Of a DNA stretch of 64,000 nucleotides, positions 9,813 through 19,911 are shown in pieces. The notes beneath the pieces were generated by a model, which was given only the letters and a program-made list of their open reading frames with translations, searched no databases and was not told the origin of the DNA. Source of the stretch: Candidatus Ozemobacteraceae bacterium (GTDB taxonomy: Bacteria > Muiribacteriota > Ozemobacteria > Ozemobacterales > Ozemobacteraceae); the NCBI GenBank assembly GCA_965140445.1, contig OZ223236.1, forward strand, positions 3,424,001 through 3,488,000, given 5' to 3'. A program made the position numbers and the translations under genes. How positions within the stretch are numbered: the stretch's first letter is position 1; each line of letters begins with the position of its first letter.

Positions 9813-9861
9813 GTCTAACGCTTGTCGTGACCGACGTTCCGTGTCGAGGCGCTTGTTAGAC
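9813..9861 (-). repeat. Minimal attC (49 bp)
   Basis: Family II arms with the whole centre deleted. Confidence 0.8.
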
Positions 9862-9900
9862 TGCTAATCATTTTCGCTTCGAGTAATAATCTTCTTTAAT

Positions 9901-10416
9901 CTAAAATTCAATTTCCATCCCCTCAATCAACTTACCATTATTCTTTGATAGAATTAACGGTTTCCAATTTTCTTCTCCAAAAGGCTCATACCATTTGCCA
10001 ATAATATGGTCTCCCTCTATTTTTTCCAATTTAATTCCATCCCAAGAAATTCTCTTTGTTATCCAAATTAGCTGGTCATAAACTATTTTTGCAACACGCA
10101 AAGAATCAGTCAAAATTACGGATTTATTATCCTCAAAAATAAATTCTAGCTTTGAAAGAGTAGCTTGCAAAAGGTTTTCCTCAATTATTTTATTAATTTT
10201 TTCTTTTGGAAAAAAGAATTTCGGAAAAGCCTTTTTTAACGCATTGAATAAGATTTTGAAATCTTCATTACTCGTATAACTCGGAATCACAGCAATATCA
10301 AAGTCATTGAACCAAATACCTGAATCCAAAGCTTCATTAATGAATTCTTTAATTGTTTCTTTGGGAGAAGAACCAAATTCGATTTCAAAAAATACTTTGA
10401 ATAACTTTTCTTCCAT
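9901..10416 (-). CDS. Hypothetical protein (cassette)
   Basis: ORF fills the cassette; AGGA RBS. Confidence 0.7.
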   Translation of the reverse strand: MEEKLFKVFFEIEFGSSPKETIKEFINEALDSGIWFNDFDIAVIPSYTSNEDFKILFNALKKAFPKFFFPKEKINKIIEENLLQATLSKLEFIFEDNKSVILTDSLRVAKIVYDQLIWITKRISWDGIKLEKIEGDHIIGKWYEPFGEENWKPLILSKNNGKLIEGMEIEF

Positions 10417-10645
10417 TTCTGTCCTTTTTTATCTTTTTATGCAGTCTAACGCCAGTCGTGACCGGAAAAACGAGACAGGCGCGGGTGTTGCGCAAGCAAG
10501 ACCTGTGATCCGGCCGGTTTTTCCGCGTCGACGCACTTGTTAGATTTTCTTTTATTCATTTTGATTCGGCATCACAAAATGGCAATAGTTAATGCAGTTT
10601 ACATATGGCCAAAATTTTAAATTTTTTATAAGCATTAATTCGTAA

Positions 10646-12034
10646 TTAAGAGTCTCTTTTGTATATCTCCTCATGAAAAAGTTCAATAAGATCTTTAGGG
10701 TCTAAACTGTCAAGTTCTTGTTTTGAAAAACCATTTAAGTAAGAATTAATTATATTTCTTAAATCAGTGTTCCTTGTCGCACAAAAGCAAAGAAGAGGGG
10801 AAATCCCACGGATTTTCATTGTATTGAAAATTTGTTCATCCATAGATCCATCAGGTTGATGTTTTGAGGTCTTTGTAAAAAATAAATGTCCGGTGATATG
10901 GCTAATTAAGTCATCAAACAAGTTATTGAAAGCATTGAGATCATGCATACTATCAGCAAGGACATTATTATGCCTGTATTTTTTTATGTCTTCCTTCGCT
11001 TGAAGTTCTAATTTAGAATTTCCAAGCTTAGAACTAGAATTAAAATAATGCAGCTTGTCACATCGATCTTGATAAATGATATTGAGAGAGGTATATTTTT
11101 TTACAATGTCATTAGGAACTGGCCCAATCATTTCGCCACTGCTATTGTAGAAATTGATGTGTGGCAAATGAGCGCCCACATGAGGCAAATCAATCCTCAA
11201 TTTATATGAATATTGCATTTCGATTTGATAGTAGATTGTAATTCGTGTTGTATTATGTTTGGCCTTTCTTTCCTCCGGTGGTATTTTGTATGAAATTGGG
11301 TTTGTTTCCAAAACAATTTTATGGATAACCGCATCTCTCATGTGGATTAAAATCCAATCAACTAATTTTTCAAGAGATTTTTTTTCAGCTGGTTTAAGAA
11401 AAGGAAAATCTAACACGCTAATGATAGCTTTTGTTAGAAACAGCATGTCGGCACAACATTTTAATTGTTCGGTTAAGTCCTTAAAAAAATTGCTTGGAAA
11501 ATTAGAGCCAGTCATTTTGAAAAAGATATGCATTTTCATATCTTCAAGAGTTTTGAGGAAGTAAGATGAAAGTGCATAATGGTTATTGTAGTTGAAAACT
11601 TTGTTCTCTTGGGCTTTGCGAACTAAATAGTTCATTATTCCGGTATTTATATTAATAAAGGAGCCTAACAATGAGTTAATATTGTTGATAAGTTCCTTTT
11701 CATCAGCCTTATCTTCAATGTCATTTAATATTCTATAAATGATGTTTTGAGAAATGTCGGTGGTAAAACAAATTGGTTGATTGTATTTTCTAAAATCTAT
11801 TTCTAATTTTCCTTGCTGACATTCAACTTCTACGGCAGGAACATTATTGTCTCTTAAACTAGTCCAAAGCAATTCTTTTTCATCTAGATCTGAAAATCCA
11901 ATCTCCTTAAGATATGATTCAAAATCTTTCTTGGTTACTCCATAACCATACGAGTAATGAAGAAATCTTATCAGTATCGATATCTCCGGAATTGTCTTAT
12001 TTAAAGCACTAATTACAAAGGTCTTTGGTTTCAA
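10646..12034 (-). CDS. Hypothetical protein, 462 aa
   Basis: Long ORF; GAGG RBS; His-containing C-terminal motif RIDLPH...PHIN. Confidence 0.7.
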   Translation of the reverse strand: MKPKTFVISALNKTIPEISILIRFLHYSYGYGVTKKDFESYLKEIGFSDLDEKELLWTSLRDNNVPAVEVECQQGKLEIDFRKYNQPICFTTDISQNIIYRILNDIEDKADEKELINNINSLLGSFININTGIMNYLVRKAQENKVFNYNNHYALSSYFLKTLEDMKMHIFFKMTGSNFPSNFFKDLTEQLKCCADMLFLTKAIISVLDFPFLKPAEKKSLEKLVDWILIHMRDAVIHKIVLETNPISYKIPPEERKAKHNTTRITIYYQIEMQYSYKLRIDLPHVGAHLPHINFYNSSGEMIGPVPNDIVKKYTSLNIIYQDRCDKLHYFNSSSKLGNSKLELQAKEDIKKYRHNNVLADSMHDLNAFNNLFDDLISHITGHLFFTKTSKHQPDGSMDEQIFNTMKIRGISPLLCFCATRNTDLRNIINSYLNGFSKQELDSLDPKDLIELFHEEIYKRDS

Positions 12035-12059
12035 CTTCTCATTCCTCTTTTTTTTTTAT

Positions 12060-12180
12060 ATATAACATGGCTCGCGGCCATGAACGAAACATTGCCGAGT
12101 CCACAAACTCAAAAATTTACCAGAATAACAACGAGATTTTCGACACGAAATTCCACGGGTCTTGCAACTTGTTATTAGAT
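12060..12180 (-). repeat. Degenerate attC
   Basis: ATATAAC...CTTGTTATTAGAT at a gene boundary; weak palindrome. Confidence 0.55.
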
Positions 12181-12186
12181 AGCATT

Positions 12187-13098
12187 TTAATTCCTAAATG
12201 GATCTCCGTTGAATCCAATTTCTGGCCATTCTTTTCGGGAGTCATGGAGAATCTGGCTAATACTTCTGACAATCCCGTTGAAGGAATCGTCTAATGACTT
12301 GTAGTCTACTTTGGCAAAATAAATGAAACCGTGAATTCTAGCAAGCAAGCTACTTGAGCTAGATGCGGTATCCACAAAGCATCCTGAGGATAAGAACTCA
12401 TTTGAAAACACATTGGAAAGAAATTCCCTGTAATCATTCTGTGTATCCACAAGAAAAACCGCAATCGTAGGCCTCAGGAGTTGGCATCGTCGGTAAAAAG
12501 ACTTTATCTTGCTGGGTTCAAGAACATTTTGAAGAGGATTTACTGCCCCGACAAGGTAGAGAGGTTTCTTACATTCAATCCATATTAATTTTGTTAAATC
12601 AAGGCCTCCCAGAACGTCATACTTTTGGCCATCAGGATCGTAGGGTTTTTCTGGATAAGGATATAAAACCTTGACATCCCGTTTAGTTTGAATCAACAAA
12701 CTCTCCAATGCCATTTGAACTACGCATTCAAACTCTGGTCCAAAATTTCCTTTTGGTCGTGGGAGAGTTAGATTATTGCAACTGTCTTCACAAAGAACTC
12801 TAAAATTTATTAGCTGAGTTGCTATCTCTTGTTGCTCCCTGGGCAAATCAGCAATTTTAATTGGGCCTAACGCAAACTCAACCTTTTTGAGAACTGAGAA
12901 AACATTTTCTCCTCTAGTTTTTAGTAAAGATCGAATTTTAGTTCTTTCCTGAGTATCATTGACTCCTTCAAAGAAATAGGTATCATTCCATCCAGAAGGC
13001 TCCTCAATACTTTTTGCTTTCTCAATTTTACAACCTCTTCGCCCAAGTGGCACCTCTGGGCCTAGACGAACCTGAGAAATAGATATCTGTGTTAACAT
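12187..13098 (-). CDS. PD-(D/E)XK restriction-endonuclease-fold protein
   Basis: FE...KYDVLG...IWIECKK motif. Confidence 0.6.
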   Translation of the reverse strand: MLTQISISQVRLGPEVPLGRRGCKIEKAKSIEEPSGWNDTYFFEGVNDTQERTKIRSLLKTRGENVFSVLKKVEFALGPIKIADLPREQQEIATQLINFRVLCEDSCNNLTLPRPKGNFGPEFECVVQMALESLLIQTKRDVKVLYPYPEKPYDPDGQKYDVLGGLDLTKLIWIECKKPLYLVGAVNPLQNVLEPSKIKSFYRRCQLLRPTIAVFLVDTQNDYREFLSNVFSNEFLSSGCFVDTASSSSSLLARIHGFIYFAKVDYKSLDDSFNGIVRSISQILHDSRKEWPEIGFNGDPFRN

Positions 13099-13114
13099 TT
13101 TTTTATCCTTTGAT

Positions 13115-13205
13115 ATCTAACGCCAATCGCGGGTGACAATGATATGCGGTGCCGAAAGCAAGACGCTTGAGTAGCATCATTCTTCGTCTCGCCGATTTGT
13201 CAAAT
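13115..13205 (-). repeat. Degenerate attC
   Basis: ATCTAACGCCAATCG...AAGCAAGAC...TTTGTCAAAT (GTT changed to GTC). Confidence 0.7.
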
Positions 13206-14513
13206 TTCATTTAATTGCTCAATTAAGTAGTCTGCCTTTATTTCAGACAAAATTTTGTTTAATTCTTCGGGCGGAAGTGAATTTGTTTTTGAAACCTCCA
13301 AGACAAACAACCCAAATCCAATCGCTCCAATAAAATCTGCTTTTTTGGTAACAGGCATGCGAAGGATTTCAATGATATCTTCTTTGCTCAAATCTTGGAA
13401 AATTGGTATGACCATTTTTGTCATTATCTCGTTGGTTCGAGCCCAATTTTTTGAGCTAGACAAAATCTCCAGTACCTTAGCTCTTACCGGTTTAATAGCA
13501 ATTTTTGATGCAGTTACAACAGTAAGGTCATTTTCATCTAAGTTTGATATTCTGCCAGAAAAAGTCGCAGCAATATCTGGTTCCATTGACAGTGCGGAAA
13601 ATACCATGGAGACTTCTGTTATTGGCCCAACTCTTACGAACTCATTAATCTTAGCCTTGGCGGATTGATCCAAAAACGAGAGAAAATCGTTTACTTGCGC
13701 AAGCATTTTTATCAATAGTGGAAGGTCTGGGTCAGTTACTTGAAGAAATATCTTGGGTAACCTTGCGCAAATGTGACCGCTTGCTTCCGAATGATGTAAC
13801 CTTATTATACAGTTCATTGCCGTGGAGACACCTGAGTGATTTTTTAGTCTTGACTGCGGATCAATAAAACCAAATAAGAGGCCATCTAGCGCGGCCCTTA
13901 TAAAACCAGGGGTTGGAGAATGCATTCCCAAATTTTGTATTATGGGCATTGCCATCTCCACTTCAAGTGGAAAGTAGTTTGAAGAGACAGTAACAAGAAA
14001 ATTTTCCAATGCTGCTTTTCCAAAAATTGGGGGTCTTGAAAGGACAAAAGAAATTGCATTACGAATATGATGTTTCGCGATCTCAGGGGTTGGGTTGTAT
14101 GGTTCTCTTTGGCGGTGAAAAGAGGGGTGTGCGCACTTGTTTCTATCTTCCCTAATTCTGAGTAACTCAGCGTATTCCACCGCGTCAAAGTAATTAAACT
14201 CGGTTTTAAAAATTTCAAGAATATTTCTCTCAAACTCAAGACTATTGGCAATCCCCTTTGAATTTCCCTGGTCAATTTGAGTAAGGAAATTATTAAAGTC
14301 TTGCTCCATTTTTTGGGCTTTTGGTTCGCCGGCCAAGGATATTTCTCTGATTTTCTCAATAAGGTCAAAAACAATGGCGACCCATGTAAGAACAATTGCT
14401 GACCGGTACAGGCCGCGATGATAGCCAGCAATAGCTTCATTCATATGTGTTCTTCCCATGCTTGTAAGACATTGCAATGCCAAAGTTTCAAGATCTAAGA
14501 TTTGTAAGCTCAT
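13200..14513 (-). CDS. Putative HEPN-domain protein with helical C-terminus
   Basis: N-terminal EAI..Y..GLYRSAIV and RNKCAH (Rx4H). Confidence 0.6.
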   Translation of the reverse strand: MSLQILDLETLALQCLTSMGRTHMNEAIAGYHRGLYRSAIVLTWVAIVFDLIEKIREISLAGEPKAQKMEQDFNNFLTQIDQGNSKGIANSLEFERNILEIFKTEFNYFDAVEYAELLRIREDRNKCAHPSFHRQREPYNPTPEIAKHHIRNAISFVLSRPPIFGKAALENFLVTVSSNYFPLEVEMAMPIIQNLGMHSPTPGFIRAALDGLLFGFIDPQSRLKNHSGVSTAMNCIIRLHHSEASGHICARLPKIFLQVTDPDLPLLIKMLAQVNDFLSFLDQSAKAKINEFVRVGPITEVSMVFSALSMEPDIAATFSGRISNLDENDLTVVTASKIAIKPVRAKVLEILSSSKNWARTNEIMTKMVIPIFQDLSKEDIIEILRMPVTKKADFIGAIGFGLFVLEVSKTNSLPPEELNKILSEIKADYLIEQLNEI

Positions 14514-14529
14514 TTATCTCTCCTGTGAA

Positions 14530-14610
14530 ATCTACCGTTCTTCGTTATAAAATAAGGAGTGGTGGCAAGGTGGTTTGCTTTAGAAAGGCACCGAAACCAC
14601 TTGGCTAAAT
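14530..14610 (-). repeat. Strongly decayed attC
   Basis: ATCTACC ... GTGGTTT/AAACCAC hairpin ... TTGGCTAAAT at a gene boundary. Confidence 0.45.
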
Positions 14611-15726
14611 TTTCTTTTTTGATAAAAACCAACCAATTTGATCTAGCGTGAGAATTATGGTTACTGCTCCCCTTTTGTTGAATGACTGAATTGGAACCTC
14701 GCCATGCGCTACAGAATGTCTTGATAGTGGAATCGGCTTGTTTGGGGTAAATGAAGAAAAATAGACTTTTTCAAGAAATAAAGCAAACTTCTCTGGAATC
14801 AAGAGGGAACCACCATCTTCTGAATTTCGCAAAAGACTCTGAATAAGGTTCTTTTCGCTTGCGCCTTTTCCAGTCATGCCTTTTCTATGGAAATTTCTTA
14901 ATATTCCCTCAATTCTGGGGTAAAGAATAGAACAGCAGCTAATGTAGTCTTTCTTTGAAAACCGGTCAAGTGCGCGATGTAAAGAGACATACTCTTTCCG
15001 GTCACTATACCATTTCTTCCACCGCTCGCGGAAATTTGAAAGGGACGCAAGTATTACTTCTTCAAATTCGCAAAACAATGAGTCAATTCGCCAATTATTG
15101 CGAATATAATTAAGAAATTTTTGGCGTTTGGCAACAGAAAGGGCTGTAAACGGGAAAAATTTCTTTCTCAAAATTTTTGTCCACTCTTTTTCGGAGATTT
15201 GTAAAACACTTTGAAAATTTAAGTATGCAAAATATTTTCCAAGTAGAACTCCAACATCATAGGTTCTTTCTGCCCCCTTTGGTGCCAGTGGGGCAAAATC
15301 AAAAAACACACCTTTTCGCCAACCGGATGAAAAAAGGTAAATTATGCCAACGGAATTAGATATCTGGAGTCCATCAAAATCTATGCGCTCAATTGAGGCA
15401 ACATCGTCTATTAACACATTTTCGCCCGCTTTTATAGACCTTTTTGGCCTAATTTGTGCTTTTACTGCAATTTCATTTATGAAAACCTTTGCCTTTTTAT
15501 CTTTTGAAATAATTGCCAATAAGTTGTCGACTTGAGAAGGCAAAACTTTCTCTTCTGGGGCCATTGCGAGTAATTGGCTCGGGAAACTTTCGAGGATTCT
15601 AATGAAATCATCTCCGTCTTCGGAAGAAGAAAAGTGTTTTACTATTATCTCTGCAGTTTGCCCTTCTTTCGTTGATGACGCAGCATAACCGCACGGGAGT
15701 TCTGAAAGTTCAAGTTCATATTTCAT
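14605..15726 (-). CDS. Putative HEPN-domain protein (C-terminal)
   Basis: LYPRIEGILR and SRHSVAHG (Rx4H). Confidence 0.6.
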   Translation of the reverse strand: MKYELELSELPCGYAASSTKEGQTAEIIVKHFSSSEDGDDFIRILESFPSQLLAMAPEEKVLPSQVDNLLAIISKDKKAKVFINEIAVKAQIRPKRSIKAGENVLIDDVASIERIDFDGLQISNSVGIIYLFSSGWRKGVFFDFAPLAPKGAERTYDVGVLLGKYFAYLNFQSVLQISEKEWTKILRKKFFPFTALSVAKRQKFLNYIRNNWRIDSLFCEFEEVILASLSNFRERWKKWYSDRKEYVSLHRALDRFSKKDYISCCSILYPRIEGILRNFHRKGMTGKGASEKNLIQSLLRNSEDGGSLLIPEKFALFLEKVYFSSFTPNKPIPLSRHSVAHGEVPIQSFNKRGAVTIILTLDQIGWFLSKKKI

Positions 15727-15835
15727 TCTTTTATTCCAAATCTAACGCCTGTCGTGACCGGAAAAACGAGACGGGCGCGGGTGTTGCGCAAGCAAGACTC
15801 GTGATCCGGCCGTTTTTTTCCGCGTCGACGCACTT

Positions 15836-15981
15836 GTTACCGCTTTTGAATTCATTATTGATCAGTGTTTGGGTCGGTTTGATCTTTTTTGTCTCTTCAT
15901 CTCTTTTGGGGTTCAGTTGTCTTCATTCTTTTATCTGTTGACTGAAAAAATCATACTTTGAATTGATTAACTCAGTCGATA
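15836..15981. repeat. Module B copy fused to the 3' end of a gene
   Basis: Matches 16406-16546; hairpin TGACTGA..AATCA/TGATT..TCAGTCG. Confidence 0.85.
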
Positions 15982-16307
15982 TAATTCACTTGTTGACCTT
16001 TGGTTGCGTAGCCGACGACCCTGTATCCTTTTTCTGTTCGTTCTCCAGGAAGGTGGATTCGTTTAAGGGCGTCGTACACTGCGGCGTCTTGTTCCTGAGA
16101 TGTGATTTCAATTTCGACCCACTCGATAGATTTATATCCTCCATTTCGAAAATGATAGAGCCATTCTCCATCCCAATTCGGTATGAATCCCGTTTCGACA
16201 TCTTTTGTACGCCACATAGGGCGAAGTTTGCCGAGTGAATACATCGCTAATCGGAGTTCATCCCATTTGGTATCATTCATCACTGGTATTAGTTCCAATT
16301 CTTCCAT
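15972..16307 (-). CDS. DUF6678-like protein
   Basis: MNDTKWDELRLAM...WDGEWLYHF...YKSIEWVEI. Confidence 0.7.
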   Translation of the reverse strand: MEELELIPVMNDTKWDELRLAMYSLGKLRPMWRTKDVETGFIPNWDGEWLYHFRNGGYKSIEWVEIEITSQEQDAAVYDALKRIHLPGERTEKGYRVVGYATKGQQVNYID

Positions 16308-16311
16308 TTCC

Positions 16312-16412
16312 TTTCAACCCCAGCCTGCCGTGAGGTGGAAATGAGGGGCAGACGCAGGGGGTTGCGCGGCAAGACCTGTGAATGGTCTCCCTTGCTAAAG
16401 ATCTTGCTACCG
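16312..16412 (-). repeat. Decayed family I attC inside a compound cassette
   Basis: GCCTGCCGTGA..GGAAATGAG...GTTGCGCGGCAAGACCTGTGA...CTTGCTACCG (GTT changed to GCT). Confidence 0.8.
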
Positions 16413-16567
16413 CTTTTGAATTCATTATTGGTATTTTGGTTGTTCTGGCTGTTTGTCTCGTCATCTTCTCTTGGAGTATAATTGTATTCATTTTTAATCT
16501 GTTGACTGAGAAAATCATACTTTGAATTGATTAACTCAGTCGATAAATTTAATTTTGTTGCGGTAAC
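16406..16567. repeat. Module B ORF-less unit (full copy)
   Basis: GCTACCG...CGGTAAC ends; no internal ORF; conserved hairpin. Confidence 0.85.
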
Positions 16568-16668
16568 GTCTGTCGTGACCGGAAAAACGAGACGGGCGCG
16601 GGTGTTGCGTAAGCAAGACCCGTGATCCGGCCGGTTTTTCCGCGTCGACGCACTTGTTATACCCGATT

Positions 16669-17037
16669 TTATTCATTTCCATCCCAAATTCTTATTTGAA
16701 ATCCTTTGAATAGATACGGTTTGCGAAATTCTTTTTTAGTTTTGACAATGTATGCGATTTGTCCGCCATGATAATTACCAATTTCAATATTCTCCAATGG
16801 AACACCATATAATTCTGAAATTTCTTTTTTTGTTTCTTCAATCAAACTTTGAAACCCCGGGCTCTCTCTGGAACAATTTTTAAAAATATTAAGTTCTGAT
16901 GGGGAAAAGGCGTTTTCTATCTCCGAGTTTAACTCAATCTTGTATAGCTCCATATCTATTTCAAGCCATGTTTGAATAGGCTTCAAGAACTTTACAAATA
17001 TTTCATTTTTGTTTCGTTCAATCTCAAAAGCTGGCAC
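16669..17037 (-). CDS. Hypothetical protein (cassette)
   Basis: Trimmed to the in-cassette GTG; the ORF-track extension reads through attC and module A. Confidence 0.55.
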   Translation of the reverse strand: MPAFEIERNKNEIFVKFLKPIQTWLEIDMELYKIELNSEIENAFSPSELNIFKNCSRESPGFQSLIEETKKEISELYGVPLENIEIGNYHGGQIAYIVKTKKEFRKPYLFKGFQIRIWDGNE

Positions 17038-17411
17038 GTTATCGTATTTCCTTTTATTTTGGGGTATAACGCCTGTCGTGACCGGAAAAAGCCAAGATGG
17101 CACGGGGGTTGCTCCGCAAGCCCCGTGAACAGCGGCTATTTTCCGAGTCGACGCACTTGTTAGAGATGATTTTTTTTTATTTCTATTAAAAGCTTTTGTA
17201 AACAATTCATATTTTAACTCATCCCGATTAGACATTCCGACATTAATTTTGTATTCGTTGGCTCTGGAAAAGCACCCCAGAATCACAATGGCATAAAAAT
17301 TGTCCAGGTATCTGCCTAATTTTTTGCAATTTTTATGAGCAAAGCTGTAATAGAAACATTCTTATGAAAACAAAACAACAAAACTTTAGTCATCTTACAA
17401 ATATAATTCCT

Positions 17412-19745
17412 TTATCTTAATAACTCTAGAATTAGCTCAATTGATTGATTGAATTTTTTTTTATCAATCGCTTTAATTTCTCTGTCTATTGAATTATATA
17501 AGAAATCATCACGAGACCATTTTAACCTACTTTTTAGTCGAACAAAGACCTTCTCAAAAACTTTATTTTCCTTTAAATTATCTTTAAAAAGCTTTTCTCT
17601 TAGTTCTTTCAAGAAAGCCTCATTGCATTGTTTAAACTTAATATTAATTACAATTAAAGCTAGAATAGTTTTTTCAAAAATGCTACAGCATGAATCATAC
17701 TTAGCTGATTTCCTTGCCCAATTGAAAAGTAAACTCCTTAATTCATTAGCAACTTCAATGCATTCAATTTTATAAGCATTAATAACTGCTTCAAAAATGG
17801 TTTCAGTCAGATGAAACGTTTCCAAAAATAGAATTTTATTTTCATTATCGGGAACAAATGAAAATGTCAAAAATAACCAAACTGCTGATTTCCTTAGTTC
17901 TTCCTTTTGAGATGCTTCACATAACCTTGAATTTGAAAGATATAGTAAAATGTTAGAAACATTTTTTATCCAATGAACTATGTCTACAGTAAAAAGAGAT
18001 TCCTGCTTAACAGCCAATTGGAATAATTCTCGGAATTCAAGGTAAAGGCCTTCGCTCCAACTTACAATATTTAATAATATAAAAGATGCTTTCCTAGATT
18101 TCTCAGGCTCATCTAAAAGCTTATTTGCGATTATCGTTAAGCTACTGCAAAAAGAATTTGGTTGAGAGGCATAAAATGAACTTAAATTTGCAGAATGTTT
18201 ACTAAACATTCTGCCATCAGGGAAACTTATTGTAATTTTTGCTAAAAGTGTAATCGTTTTATGTACTTCTTTAACTGAGTATTTTACATTTTGATTTTGA
18301 AACAGTGCAATTATAAAGCTTGTCAGTTCTTGAATGCATACTTGGAATGCTGGATGATTTTTATCTTCAATTAGTTGTTTTTGAGCAATTTGAGAAATTG
18401 TATTTGCTATTGAAACAATATTTTCCGGTTTGCTACCTTCAAGCAAAGTTATACCAGCATTTCCCAATAACCCTATACCAATCATTGTCATATCAGTTGA
18501 TTTCAATTTTAAAGAATTTTCCACAGCGGTACTTAAATAACCCGCCGCAAGTTGGGCATGAAACTTATTTTTTCGGTCATTTTGGTATTCGATTTGTATA
18601 AAAATTTTAACAGCTTGATAGAAAAACCTAAATGCTATATCTAAAGCCAATTCATCTTGTCGTTGTATTGCTTTTAGAGTAAATTGGCGTGCCAATTCCA
18701 GTGTTTCATTTATAAAACTATCTGTGCTTTCATTTAGACCCAGAAAAGGATTTGGATTTTTAAAGGTCTTCCCTCTTATCTCAATGTAAGCCTTATTTAT
18801 ATCTAAAATAACTCCAAAAGCTTCTCTTGCAATCTGATAATCGCCTATTTCAGAATAACGATTACAAAAGGAAAAACAATATGAGATAGAATCTTTTGGT
18901 TGATTTGCCCAGTTCAAGTTTAGTCCAAAATAAATCATCTTTTCTTGGTCAACTGAATCAGAATTTTCATTTGTTTTATTACATGCTTGTTTGTTTACCT
19001 GAAGCAAAGGACGCAACATTTCAATTTTCTTTGAGACAATTTTAAAGAAAGATTTAGTCTCCTGTAAAATAATCTTTAGCTGTTCAACTGGACTTATAAG
19101 AAGAATGGCACGTTTATATGCTAAAAAAATGAAAAGAAAGACAAAAAAAATGCACCAAATATTAGTTAAAAAAACAAAAGAAGCATAATTTGGGTCCAAA
19201 ATAAAAAAGGAAGAAATCACAAGAACATTTATAAAAAAAGTTGTTCCAAAGTATGCTAATAACTTAAAATCCTGGCTAAATTTTTTAAACAAGGCAAAAG
19301 GTATTTTTTCAAAGTTTGTTTGCATTGCAAACATAATTAGGGAGAAGCCAATTGCTGAAGAACCAAAAAGAGCACCAGCAATGGTTAAAATTATTGGCTT
19401 TAGGTTTTCGAAATTGTTATTTGCTTGGAAATATGGAGTAATAAAAGAGTTATAATGAAATATTGCGATAAAGCTCAATAGAAACAGGGAAGCAAAAGAA
19501 ATGAAAAGAATTATATTGAGGTTTTTAAATATTAAATCAAAAATTCGATTGCAGTAATGTTCTATATATAATTGAAGTTTTGATTTCAATAGGGGAAGAG
19601 AATTTTTGAATGATAAGTAACAGTCTTTTAACTTACAAAATTGTTTTTTGACAAATCTTTTAAAGAAAAAAAGATTTCGGGAAAAACAAATTTTTAGTCT
19701 CAAAAATCGAATGTGAAGATTAGGCATTTTTCTCTCTGGTTTCAT
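17412..19745 (-). CDS. Large membrane protein with N-terminal TM bundle and helical C-terminus
   Basis: 777 aa ORF with about 4 hydrophobic segments near the N-terminus. Confidence 0.7.
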   Translation of the reverse strand: MKPERKMPNLHIRFLRLKICFSRNLFFFKRFVKKQFCKLKDCYLSFKNSLPLLKSKLQLYIEHYCNRIFDLIFKNLNIILFISFASLFLLSFIAIFHYNSFITPYFQANNNFENLKPIILTIAGALFGSSAIGFSLIMFAMQTNFEKIPFALFKKFSQDFKLLAYFGTTFFINVLVISSFFILDPNYASFVFLTNIWCIFFVFLFIFLAYKRAILLISPVEQLKIILQETKSFFKIVSKKIEMLRPLLQVNKQACNKTNENSDSVDQEKMIYFGLNLNWANQPKDSISYCFSFCNRYSEIGDYQIAREAFGVILDINKAYIEIRGKTFKNPNPFLGLNESTDSFINETLELARQFTLKAIQRQDELALDIAFRFFYQAVKIFIQIEYQNDRKNKFHAQLAAGYLSTAVENSLKLKSTDMTMIGIGLLGNAGITLLEGSKPENIVSIANTISQIAQKQLIEDKNHPAFQVCIQELTSFIIALFQNQNVKYSVKEVHKTITLLAKITISFPDGRMFSKHSANLSSFYASQPNSFCSSLTIIANKLLDEPEKSRKASFILLNIVSWSEGLYLEFRELFQLAVKQESLFTVDIVHWIKNVSNILLYLSNSRLCEASQKEELRKSAVWLFLTFSFVPDNENKILFLETFHLTETIFEAVINAYKIECIEVANELRSLLFNWARKSAKYDSCCSIFEKTILALIVINIKFKQCNEAFLKELREKLFKDNLKENKVFEKVFVRLKSRLKWSRDDFLYNSIDREIKAIDKKKFNQSIELILELLR

Positions 19746-19911
19746 TTTTTACAATTTATTATAACAAAAAGCTTTAGATTATCATTTGCTGGTTCCTAAA
19801 AATCTTGCATGAATCAAAGTCGCATAAATTTTTTCTAGGTTTAAGGGCTAATTTCGCAATTTTTGTAAACAGATTAGAGATGATTCGAAAAAAAACATTA
19901 CTACTAATTTT

